64,000 nt of DNA from positions 1 to 64,000 of the forward strand of contig OZ374565.1 in assembly GCA_977862235.1 (NCBI GenBank), given 5' to 3'. A model generated the notes under the pieces. That model ran no database searches. It was not told the DNA's origin and saw nothing but the letters and a program-made list of their open reading frames with translations. This DNA comes from Dudresnaya verticillata. Lineage: Eukaryota. A program made the position numbers and the translations under genes. Positions 43,791-56,300 of this stretch are shown here, piece after piece; positions within the stretch are counted from its first letter, which is position 1; each line of letters opens with the position of its first letter.

Positions 43791-44880
43791 GCTTGCTGTT
43801 CCCGCCGTACCCCTATTTAAATGCGCCATCAACTGCACTCCCCGTCATCGACTAAAGACTCCTGCGTCCAATGTCCATCCCACTGTAGTGTACACGTGGA
43901 GCATTATAGTAGTGACTCATAACCGTATACCATTTACTCTAAACGCAGGATCCAATATAAATACGGTGAACCAGCTCATGGACGTTCTGACCCCTTGGTT
44001 CAATGAAACCAGCACCCAATCTAATTTACAGAGCCCCTAGATCCAATCCTATAACGCTTTGACTTCTGTTGATCCAATCCATCCACCCTTATTGGATCCG
44101 AACCTGATGCATTCCGTGATTTATATTACTGCATTGTACTATACTTTCTCATCCTTCCCTTTCCATTTCCTCATCCTTACTCCTTTCCTTCCCACTCTCT
44201 GCACCCCTAAACGCGTTAAAATGACACATCCCTAACACCCCTAAACCCACCCATAACCATACGTGCCCCAAACCCCGATTTAACCCGCTCAAAAGCTGCC
44301 GACGGCCCGTGGGGACGTTTTGCACCATAGAAACGCGCTAAAAAGTCGATTTAGGAGGGTAAGAGCGCTACGCAATGCGCAGCAACGAGACGCTTCGATT
44401 GAGCTACTGAACAGCGCCCGAGCCCCAGCCGTTCCAAAGTTATGAGCACAAACGTCCAAGCCACCCTCACCCCAGCCACCAGACTTGATCCGATTGTGGT
44501 GATCCTTGATCCAATCTTCTGGGTACTAAATCTAATCCAATTCTATGTCCCTAAATCCAATTCATCCACCACACTGATCCATTCCATCCACCACCATGAT
44601 TCACTCCATGCACCAACACTAGACCCTTTACCCTCCCAATATCATGCCCCTCGCGTACCAGAGTAACCAAACTAACCGTAGACCTAACCCTAAACAACCC
44701 CTAGACACCTGCAAACACTCTCAGACTCCCTCCCACTTACAAGAAAAGGGGAAAAGTGCGAGTGAAAAGAATACGCTGTACAGAGGCAGTGGGTCGGGGA
44801 TTCTGCGGGAGAGGTATGCAAGGCAGCAATGTACGCAGAGGGCGGCGGGGAGGAAGGAATGAGGTGCAAAAAAATAAAAA

Positions 44881-45000
44881 ACATTCGGCACTGGCGATTC
44901 CAGAGTGATCCCTCACCTCAGTACTAAACCAGCCTGACGAGACTTATCTTCGCAGTTCGGGATGGGATACGGAGCATGTCTGCGTAGTATGGCCGAATGT
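44881..45000 (-). rRNA. 5S rRNA
   Basis: Repeat of 35201-35320. Confidence 0.95.
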
Positions 45001-46090
45001 GCTTGCTGTTCCCGCCGTACCCCTATTTAAATGCGCCATCAACTGCACTCCCCGTCATCGACTAAAGACTCCTGCGTCCAATGTCCATCCCACTGTAGTG
45101 TACACGTGGAGCATTATAGTAGTGACTCATAACCGTATACCATTTACTCTAAACGCAGGATCCAATATAAATACGGTGAACCAGCTCATGGACGTTCTGA
45201 CCCCTTGGTTCAATGAAACCAGCACCCAATCTAATTTACAGAGCCCCTAGATCCAATCCTATAACGCTTTGACTTCTGTTGATCCAATCCATCCACCCTT
45301 ATTGGATCCGAACCTGATGCATTCCGTGATTTATATTACTGCATTGTACTATACTTTCTCATCCTTCCCTTTCCATTTCCTCATCCTTACTCCTTTCCTT
45401 CCCACTCTCTGCACCCCTAAACGCGTTAAAATGACACATCCCTAACACCCCTAAACCCACCCATAACCATACGTGCCCCAAACCCCGATTTAACCCGCTC
45501 AAAAGCTGCCGACGGCCCGTGGGGACGTTTTGCACCATAGAAACGCGCTAAAAAGTCGATTTAGGAGGGTAAGAGCGCTACGCAATGCGCAGCAACGAGA
45601 CGCTTCGATTGAGCTACTGAACAGCGCCCGAGCCCCAGCCGTTCCAAAGTTATGAGCACAAACGTCCAAGCCACCCTCACCCCAGCCACCAGACTTGATC
45701 CGATTGTGGTGATCCTTGATCCAATCTTCTGGGTACTAAATCTAATCCAATTCTATGTCCCTAAATCCAATTCATCCACCACACTGATCCATTCCATCCA
45801 CCACCATGATTCACTCCATGCACCAACACTAGACCCTTTACCCTCCCAATATCATGCCCCTCGCGTACCAGAGTAACCAAACTAACCGTAGACCTAACCC
45901 TAAACAACCCCTAGACACCTGCAAACACTCTCAGACTCCCTCCCACTTACAAGAAAAGGGGAAAAGTGCGAGTGAAAAGAATACGCTGTACAGAGGCAGT
46001 GGGTCGGGGATTCTGCGGGAGAGGTATGCAAGGCAGCAATGTACGCAGAGGGCGGCGGGGAGGAAGGAATGAGGTGCAAAAAAATAAAAA

Positions 46091-46210
46091 ACATTCGGCA
46101 CTGGCGATTCCAGAGTGATCCCTCACCTCAGTACTAAACCAGCCTGACGAGACTTATCTTCGCAGTTCGGGATGGGATACGGAGCATGTCTGCGTAGTAT
46201 GGCCGAATGT
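46091..46210 (-). rRNA. 5S rRNA
   Basis: Repeat of 35201-35320. Confidence 0.95.
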
Positions 46211-47300
46211 GCTTGCTGTTCCCGCCGTACCCCTATTTAAATGCGCCATCAACTGCACTCCCCGTCATCGACTAAAGACTCCTGCGTCCAATGTCCATCC
46301 CACTGTAGTGTACACGTGGAGCATTATAGTAGTGACTCATAACCGTATACCATTTACTCTAAACGCAGGATCCAATATAAATACGGTGAACCAGCTCATG
46401 GACGTTCTGACCCCTTGGTTCAATGAAACCAGCACCCAATCTAATTTACAGAGCCCCTAGATCCAATCCTATAACGCTTTGACTTCTGTTGATCCAATCC
46501 ATCCACCCTTATTGGATCCGAACCTGATGCATTCCGTGATTTATATTACTGCATTGTACTATACTTTCTCATCCTTCCCTTTCCATTTCCTCATCCTTAC
46601 TCCTTTCCTTCCCACTCTCTGCACCCCTAAACGCGTTAAAATGACACATCCCTAACACCCCTAAACCCACCCATAACCATACGTGCCCCAAACCCCGATT
46701 TAACCCGCTCAAAAGCTGCCGACGGCCCGTGGGGACGTTTTGCACCATAGAAACGCGCTAAAAAGTCGATTTAGGAGGGTAAGAGCGCTACGCAATGCGC
46801 AGCAACGAGACGCTTCGATTGAGCTACTGAACAGCGCCCGAGCCCCAGCCGTTCCAAAGTTATGAGCACAAACGTCCAAGCCACCCTCACCCCAGCCACC
46901 AGACTTGATCCGATTGTGGTGATCCTTGATCCAATCTTCTGGGTACTAAATCTAATCCAATTCTATGTCCCTAAATCCAATTCATCCACCACACTGATCC
47001 ATTCCATCCACCACCATGATTCACTCCATGCACCAACACTAGACCCTTTACCCTCCCAATATCATGCCCCTCGCGTACCAGAGTAACCAAACTAACCGTA
47101 GACCTAACCCTAAACAACCCCTAGACACCTGCAAACACTCTCAGACTCCCTCCCACTTACAAGAAAAGGGGAAAAGTGCGAGTGAAAAGAATACGCTGTA
47201 CAGAGGCAGTGGGTCGGGGATTCTGCGGGAGAGGTATGCAAGGCAGCAATGTACGCAGAGGGCGGCGGGGAGGAAGGAATGAGGTGCAAAAAAATAAAAA

Positions 47301-47420
47301 ACATTCGGCACTGGCGATTCCAGAGTGATCCCTCACCTCAGTACTAAACCAGCCTGACGAGACTTATCTTCGCAGTTCGGGATGGGATACGGAGCATGTC
47401 TGCGTAGTATGGCCGAATGT
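47301..47420 (-). rRNA. 5S rRNA
   Basis: Repeat of 35201-35320. Confidence 0.95.
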
Positions 47421-48510
47421 GCTTGCTGTTCCCGCCGTACCCCTATTTAAATGCGCCATCAACTGCACTCCCCGTCATCGACTAAAGACTCCTGCGTCCA
47501 ATGTCCATCCCACTGTAGTGTACACGTGGAGCATTATAGTAGTGACTCATAACCGTATACCATTTACTCTAAACGCAGGATCCAATATAAATACGGTGAA
47601 CCAGCTCATGGACGTTCTGACCCCTTGGTTCAATGAAACCAGCACCCAATCTAATTTACAGAGCCCCTAGATCCAATCCTATAACGCTTTGACTTCTGTT
47701 GATCCAATCCATCCACCCTTATTGGATCCGAACCTGATGCATTCCGTGATTTATATTACTGCATTGTACTATACTTTCTCATCCTTCCCTTTCCATTTCC
47801 TCATCCTTACTCCTTTCCTTCCCACTCTCTGCACCCCTAAACGCGTTAAAATGACACATCCCTAACACCCCTAAACCCACCCATAACCATACGTGCCCCA
47901 AACCCCGATTTAACCCGCTCAAAAGCTGCCGACGGCCCGTGGGGACGTTTTGCACCATAGAAACGCGCTAAAAAGTCGATTTAGGAGGGTAAGAGCGCTA
48001 CGCAATGCGCAGCAACGAGACGCTTCGATTGAGCTACTGAACAGCGCCCGAGCCCCAGCCGTTCCAAAGTTATGAGCACAAACGTCCAAGCCACCCTCAC
48101 CCCAGCCACCAGACTTGATCCGATTGTGGTGATCCTTGATCCAATCTTCTGGGTACTAAATCTAATCCAATTCTATGTCCCTAAATCCAATTCATCCACC
48201 ACACTGATCCATTCCATCCACCACCATGATTCACTCCATGCACCAACACTAGACCCTTTACCCTCCCAATATCATGCCCCTCGCGTACCAGAGTAACCAA
48301 ACTAACCGTAGACCTAACCCTAAACAACCCCTAGACACCTGCAAACACTCTCAGACTCCCTCCCACTTACAAGAAAAGGGGAAAAGTGCGAGTGAAAAGA
48401 ATACGCTGTACAGAGGCAGTGGGTCGGGGATTCTGCGGGAGAGGTATGCAAGGCAGCAATGTACGCAGAGGGCGGCGGGGAGGAAGGAATGAGGTGCAAA
48501 AAAATAAAAA

Positions 48511-48630
48511 ACATTCGGCACTGGCGATTCCAGAGTGATCCCTCACCTCAGTACTAAACCAGCCTGACGAGACTTATCTTCGCAGTTCGGGATGGGATAC
48601 GGAGCATGTCTGCGTAGTATGGCCGAATGT
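48511..48630 (-). rRNA. 5S rRNA
   Basis: Repeat of 35201-35320. Confidence 0.95.
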
Positions 48631-49720
48631 GCTTGCTGTTCCCGCCGTACCCCTATTTAAATGCGCCATCAACTGCACTCCCCGTCATCGACTAAAGACT
48701 CCTGCGTCCAATGTCCATCCCACTGTAGTGTACACGTGGAGCATTATAGTAGTGACTCATAACCGTATACCATTTACTCTAAACGCAGGATCCAATATAA
48801 ATACGGTGAACCAGCTCATGGACGTTCTGACCCCTTGGTTCAATGAAACCAGCACCCAATCTAATTTACAGAGCCCCTAGATCCAATCCTATAACGCTTT
48901 GACTTCTGTTGATCCAATCCATCCACCCTTATTGGATCCGAACCTGATGCATTCCGTGATTTATATTACTGCATTGTACTATACTTTCTCATCCTTCCCT
49001 TTCCATTTCCTCATCCTTACTCCTTTCCTTCCCACTCTCTGCACCCCTAAACGCGTTAAAATGACACATCCCTAACACCCCTAAACCCACCCATAACCAT
49101 ACGTGCCCCAAACCCCGATTTAACCCGCTCAAAAGCTGCCGACGGCCCGTGGGGACGTTTTGCACCATAGAAACGCGCTAAAAAGTCGATTTAGGAGGGT
49201 AAGAGCGCTACGCAATGCGCAGCAACGAGACGCTTCGATTGAGCTACTGAACAGCGCCCGAGCCCCAGCCGTTCCAAAGTTATGAGCACAAACGTCCAAG
49301 CCACCCTCACCCCAGCCACCAGACTTGATCCGATTGTGGTGATCCTTGATCCAATCTTCTGGGTACTAAATCTAATCCAATTCTATGTCCCTAAATCCAA
49401 TTCATCCACCACACTGATCCATTCCATCCACCACCATGATTCACTCCATGCACCAACACTAGACCCTTTACCCTCCCAATATCATGCCCCTCGCGTACCA
49501 GAGTAACCAAACTAACCGTAGACCTAACCCTAAACAACCCCTAGACACCTGCAAACACTCTCAGACTCCCTCCCACTTACAAGAAAAGGGGAAAAGTGCG
49601 AGTGAAAAGAATACGCTGTACAGAGGCAGTGGGTCGGGGATTCTGCGGGAGAGGTATGCAAGGCAGCAATGTACGCAGAGGGCGGCGGGGAGGAAGGAAT
49701 GAGGTGCAAAAAAATAAAAA

Positions 49721-49840
49721 ACATTCGGCACTGGCGATTCCAGAGTGATCCCTCACCTCAGTACTAAACCAGCCTGACGAGACTTATCTTCGCAGTTCGG
49801 GATGGGATACGGAGCATGTCTGCGTAGTATGGCCGAATGT
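49721..49840 (-). rRNA. 5S rRNA
   Basis: Repeat of 35201-35320. Confidence 0.95.
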
Positions 49841-50930
49841 GCTTGCTGTTCCCGCCGTACCCCTATTTAAATGCGCCATCAACTGCACTCCCCGTCATCG
49901 ACTAAAGACTCCTGCGTCCAATGTCCATCCCACTGTAGTGTACACGTGGAGCATTATAGTAGTGACTCATAACCGTATACCATTTACTCTAAACGCAGGA
50001 TCCAATATAAATACGGTGAACCAGCTCATGGACGTTCTGACCCCTTGGTTCAATGAAACCAGCACCCAATCTAATTTACAGAGCCCCTAGATCCAATCCT
50101 ATAACGCTTTGACTTCTGTTGATCCAATCCATCCACCCTTATTGGATCCGAACCTGATGCATTCCGTGATTTATATTACTGCATTGTACTATACTTTCTC
50201 ATCCTTCCCTTTCCATTTCCTCATCCTTACTCCTTTCCTTCCCACTCTCTGCACCCCTAAACGCGTTAAAATGACACATCCCTAACACCCCTAAACCCAC
50301 CCATAACCATACGTGCCCCAAACCCCGATTTAACCCGCTCAAAAGCTGCCGACGGCCCGTGGGGACGTTTTGCACCATAGAAACGCGCTAAAAAGTCGAT
50401 TTAGGAGGGTAAGAGCGCTACGCAATGCGCAGCAACGAGACGCTTCGATTGAGCTACTGAACAGCGCCCGAGCCCCAGCCGTTCCAAAGTTATGAGCACA
50501 AACGTCCAAGCCACCCTCACCCCAGCCACCAGACTTGATCCGATTGTGGTGATCCTTGATCCAATCTTCTGGGTACTAAATCTAATCCAATTCTATGTCC
50601 CTAAATCCAATTCATCCACCACACTGATCCATTCCATCCACCACCATGATTCACTCCATGCACCAACACTAGACCCTTTACCCTCCCAATATCATGCCCC
50701 TCGCGTACCAGAGTAACCAAACTAACCGTAGACCTAACCCTAAACAACCCCTAGACACCTGCAAACACTCTCAGACTCCCTCCCACTTACAAGAAAAGGG
50801 GAAAAGTGCGAGTGAAAAGAATACGCTGTACAGAGGCAGTGGGTCGGGGATTCTGCGGGAGAGGTATGCAAGGCAGCAATGTACGCAGAGGGCGGCGGGG
50901 AGGAAGGAATGAGGTGCAAAAAAATAAAAA

Positions 50931-51050
50931 ACATTCGGCACTGGCGATTCCAGAGTGATCCCTCACCTCAGTACTAAACCAGCCTGACGAGACTTATCTT
51001 CGCAGTTCGGGATGGGATACGGAGCATGTCTGCGTAGTATGGCCGAATGT
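50931..51050 (-). rRNA. 5S rRNA
   Basis: Repeat of 35201-35320. Confidence 0.95.
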
Positions 51051-52140
51051 GCTTGCTGTTCCCGCCGTACCCCTATTTAAATGCGCCATCAACTGCACTC
51101 CCCGTCATCGACTAAAGACTCCTGCGTCCAATGTCCATCCCACTGTAGTGTACACGTGGAGCATTATAGTAGTGACTCATAACCGTATACCATTTACTCT
51201 AAACGCAGGATCCAATATAAATACGGTGAACCAGCTCATGGACGTTCTGACCCCTTGGTTCAATGAAACCAGCACCCAATCTAATTTACAGAGCCCCTAG
51301 ATCCAATCCTATAACGCTTTGACTTCTGTTGATCCAATCCATCCACCCTTATTGGATCCGAACCTGATGCATTCCGTGATTTATATTACTGCATTGTACT
51401 ATACTTTCTCATCCTTCCCTTTCCATTTCCTCATCCTTACTCCTTTCCTTCCCACTCTCTGCACCCCTAAACGCGTTAAAATGACACATCCCTAACACCC
51501 CTAAACCCACCCATAACCATACGTGCCCCAAACCCCGATTTAACCCGCTCAAAAGCTGCCGACGGCCCGTGGGGACGTTTTGCACCATAGAAACGCGCTA
51601 AAAAGTCGATTTAGGAGGGTAAGAGCGCTACGCAATGCGCAGCAACGAGACGCTTCGATTGAGCTACTGAACAGCGCCCGAGCCCCAGCCGTTCCAAAGT
51701 TATGAGCACAAACGTCCAAGCCACCCTCACCCCAGCCACCAGACTTGATCCGATTGTGGTGATCCTTGATCCAATCTTCTGGGTACTAAATCTAATCCAA
51801 TTCTATGTCCCTAAATCCAATTCATCCACCACACTGATCCATTCCATCCACCACCATGATTCACTCCATGCACCAACACTAGACCCTTTACCCTCCCAAT
51901 ATCATGCCCCTCGCGTACCAGAGTAACCAAACTAACCGTAGACCTAACCCTAAACAACCCCTAGACACCTGCAAACACTCTCAGACTCCCTCCCACTTAC
52001 AAGAAAAGGGGAAAAGTGCGAGTGAAAAGAATACGCTGTACAGAGGCAGTGGGTCGGGGATTCTGCGGGAGAGGTATGCAAGGCAGCAATGTACGCAGAG
52101 GGCGGCGGGGAGGAAGGAATGAGGTGCAAAAAAATAAAAA

Positions 52141-52260
52141 ACATTCGGCACTGGCGATTCCAGAGTGATCCCTCACCTCAGTACTAAACCAGCCTGACGA
52201 GACTTATCTTCGCAGTTCGGGATGGGATACGGAGCATGTCTGCGTAGTATGGCCGAATGT
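52141..52260 (-). rRNA. 5S rRNA
   Basis: Repeat of 35201-35320. Confidence 0.95.
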
Positions 52261-53337
52261 GCTTGCTGTTCCCGCCGTACCCCTATTTAAATGCGCCATC
52301 AACTGCACTCCCCGTCATCGACTAAAGACTCCTGCGTCCAATGTCCATCCCACTGTAGTGTACACGTGGAGCATTATAGTAGTGACTCATAACCGTATAC
52401 CATTTACTCTAAACGCAGGATCCAATATAAATACGGTGAACCAGCTCATGGACGTTCTGACCCCTTGGTTCAATGAAACCAGCACCCAATCTAATTTACA
52501 GAGCCCCTAGATCCAATCCTATAACGCTTTGACTTCTGTTGATCCAATCCATCCACCCTTATTGGATCCGAACCTGATGCATTCCGTGATTTATATTACT
52601 GCATTGTACTATACTTTCTCATCCTTCCCTTTCCATTTCCTCATCCTTACTCCTTTCCTTCCCACTCTCTGCACCCCTAAACGCGTTAAAATGACACATC
52701 CCTAACACCCCTAAACCCACCCATAACCATACGTGCCCCAAACCCCGATTTAACCCGCTCAAAAGCTGCCGACGGCCCGTGGGGACGTTTTGCACCATAG
52801 AAACGCGCTAAAAAGTCGATTTAGGAGGGTAAGAGCGCTACGCAATGCGCAGCAACGAGACGCTTCGATTGAGCTACTGAACAGCGCCCGAGCCCCAGCC
52901 GTTCCAAAGTTATGAGCACAAACGTCCAAGCCACCCTCACCCCAGCCACCAGACTTGATCCGATTGTGGTGATCCTTGATCCAATCTTCTGGGTACTAAA
53001 TCTAATCCAATTCTATGTCCCTAAATCCAATTCATCCACCACACTGATCCATTCCATCCACCACCATGATTCACTCCATGCACCAACACTAGACCCTTTA
53101 CCCTCCCAATATCATGCCCCTCGCGTACCAGAGTAACCAAACTAACCGTAGACCTAACCCTAAACAACCCCTAGACACCTGCAAACACTCTCAGACTCCC
53201 TCCCACTTACAAGAAAAGGGGAAAAGTGCGAGTGAAAAGAATACGCTGTACAGAGGCAGTGGGTCGGGGATTCTGCGGGAGAGGTATGCAAGGCAGCAAT
53301 GTACGCAGAGGGCGGCTTCACCGAAGACCTCAGTACT

Positions 53338-56300
53338 CCCTCAGCGATCTGCCGAAATTTTTGTTTCGCGGATATCTCAACAAGTTCTGCACCGATCTTT
53401 TCGGCGGCGGTGCCGCCTGTTCGAGCGCGCGACGGCGCGTCGGTGCGGGGTTTTTCAGCCCTTCACCTTCGCGGGCGGGCGAGCGCGGTCTACTTTTGTC
53501 TCTTTCCGCGCCGCCGATCTGCGCCGCGACGCCGTCGTCGTCGCCGCCGTCGCCGCCGCCGTCGTCGCCGACGGTCACGCGTTTCCTATTTTGCGCTTAC
53601 TTTTAAGGTGATCCCTCACCTTGAAATTTGCCCGGGCCCCACTGACTTATCTTTCTTTCCCTGGCCCTGTACGCGTTTTGCTTGTACCCGGCACAGCCTA
53701 GACTCTGTCTAGGCTGCCGTGGACTGTCGACAGAGGGGTTTCACACCCTTCAACTGACAGATTGGTAAAGGCCAGGCTTGTCCTGTAAAATCTTCCTTCG
53801 GGAAGTGCCGAGAGACCTACAAGTGTGGGAATCGCCAAAGACCCTCGACCTTGAGTGGTAGGCGGCTCGTGACCCACAAGCTCATCGCAGAAACGTGCCA
53901 AGCAACGTCGAAGTTGGGGTAACGTGGCTTAAGCCTGGTGGATCCTGTTTTGAAACCACCCCTTCTAAGATCGAGCGAACGTCCTGCCAGCGAACCTTCG
54001 GGGGAGGCCAAAAATCCTGTGGGCACTCACAGGTAAACGGTGGTTCTGCGACCCCATTGAGAGCTTGTGCAAACGAGAAGTACCGCGCGTTACAGGACCG
54101 CAGTGAAGAGAGTCTTCTCAGCTGCGGCAGGGAAGGGAACGTCCGATAACTCTGCGCGCACGAACGCTAACACGCGCGCCCTTTTGCGCGAGCTCGTGCG
54201 CAAAGTGCGCGATCTCGCGCCCTACGCTGCGAAGAGGCCCTCATCTCGCAGCAAGGCCACCTGTAGCACCCTCTGGAGGTGTCCCGAACAGACTGACGAC
54301 GGACGACAGGCTTGCGTCCCGGTTAGGAGGCCTGTGCCCCGTGGGAACCTACTGTAGAGGACCTTTACAGGTACCTTACCCAGCGCTGTAACCATGATTG
54401 GTCAGCAGCACCCCGACATGCCGAAGGTATGGCTCTCTCCATGCTTTATGCCTTCGGCAAAACACCGCCCGACAAACAGTACCAGCTGTCCTCTGGGCTG
54501 CCAGTCGTCCTCACTGCCTACTGTAGAAGCGCTACTCATGCACCTGCGGAAGATGCATGTTCCTGGCAGGCGAGGACCACCGACGAGGACCGACATCGAG
54601 CCTCTCAAGCAGCAGCTCCTGGACTATGGAGTATGGTACTGTGTGACTCACAACAAGTACATGCCCACCCACTGTAGCTCCCGCATGAACAGTGAAGGCA
54701 TGTACAGTATGCGGTACAAGAATTGCAGCGCATGTCCCGCTACTCGCACTCCGGCGTTCTCCCACGTCCCGTCCAACCAATTGACGACACCGAGCCGTGA
54801 AGAAACTGTAGCCGCGCCATCACAGTCTCCTGCTCTGGACGCGGTCACGGAGACGCAACCCGAGGACGGCGAGCCAGCGGACGATATCCTGCCAGCCCCG
54901 CGACGAATCCCGGACAGCCAGGAGCCGCCTCCTGCACCGGTACCTGCTACTCGCGAGGTACCAACTGCGCAAACCCCACCCGTTGCGCGGGGTCCAGGAG
55001 GGCAGCTTCTGCCGGCGGTCGAAGACATCTGTCGCTCGCATATCCCTATGGTCACACATATACCGTCTCGCGTCCGCGCCGAGGTGCGCGACGCACTGTC
55101 CAAGACGGTATGGGCTTTTACGAACGCAACCAACTCTCAGGAAGCCACCAAAGAGCTCACTGCATTCCTGCTTTTTCCAGCAGCCGTCTTGTCCAATCCT
55201 CCCGCCGCGAGTGCAAGGGCCAGCGCGTCAACCTCTGCGTCCTCGATCGGCACCTTCCGCGATCGAATCCGACGCTGGGGACTCAAGGATTACGACGCCC
55301 TATGGCAGGAGGCCTTGAAGGGCTCGACATTCCGTGAGCAGACTGCGCCTTCCGCAGAAGAGCAACGCCGTATCAATGCCTCACGAGCCCTTCGCCTTGC
55401 AAAGGAGGGCGCCTACAGTAAGGCAGCAGCAGCTCTAGACTCTGATGGAATCGCCCCAGCCACAGACTCTGTGATACAGTCCATGAAGGACAAGCACCCG
55501 CAGTCCGTACCGCAAACCGACGCGGACCACGAGCTTGACCAGTCCGAACCGCTGCCGACCATGCCTGACTTCGTGCCTTTCACAGCCGACGAAGTACGAA
55601 AAGCAGTGGCCAAGTTCCCCCGGGCTTCGGCCTCGGGGGGAACAGGACTATCACCGACCCATCTGCAGGAACTGCTCTCAGTCCCGACCACTCACGAGCA
55701 CACGGGCCTGCTTGGCGGGCTCACCAAAATGGTCAACGTGCTGGCCAGCGGCGCAGGACCTGCGGAGCTGTCGCCTTGGATTGCCAGCGCTCCTCTCACG
55801 GCTCTGAAGAAGCGCACCGGCGGTGTCCGCCCCATTGCTGTAGGAGAGACAATCCGACGACTCGTGAGCTCTATGCTCATGACCAGAGTCGCTCCCAAGG
55901 CCAAGGCATACCTCGAACCGCTTCAGCTCGGGGTCGCAACCTCGGGCGGCACAGAAGCCATTGTACACGCGGTCCGGAAGCTGCAGAAGTCTCACGGCCA
56001 TGACAAGTCCTACGGGTTGCTACAAGTGGACTTGAAGAATGCCTTCAACCTTGTCAGCCGCAAAGCATTCATGAAGGAGGTCCGCCGACATATGCCTGAA
56101 CTACTACCGTGGGTCAGATACTGTTATGACTCTGAGGGCCCGCACCTGTGGATGGGTGACACTCTACTGCGGAGTGTCACTGGTGTACAGCAAGGTGACC
56201 CGCTCGGGCCGTTACTGTTTGCTTTGGTGCTGCAGGCACTGATCAAACAGTTGAAGGAACTCACCGCCGACCTGCGGCGCTCGGGCCGCAATCAGCAAGC

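Larger units (their letters stand above)
34022..53316 (-). repeat. 5S rDNA tandem array, 1210-bp unit (120-bp gene + 1090-bp spacer), ~16 units
   Basis: Exact 1210-bp periodicity in both the sequence and the ORF track. Confidence 0.97.

Noticed and set aside
34022..53316. CRISPR array, or linked SL/snRNA/tRNA genes in the 1210-bp unit
   Set aside because: Units are identical with no variable spacers, and I recognised no Sm site, cloverleaf or snRNA motif in the spacer.
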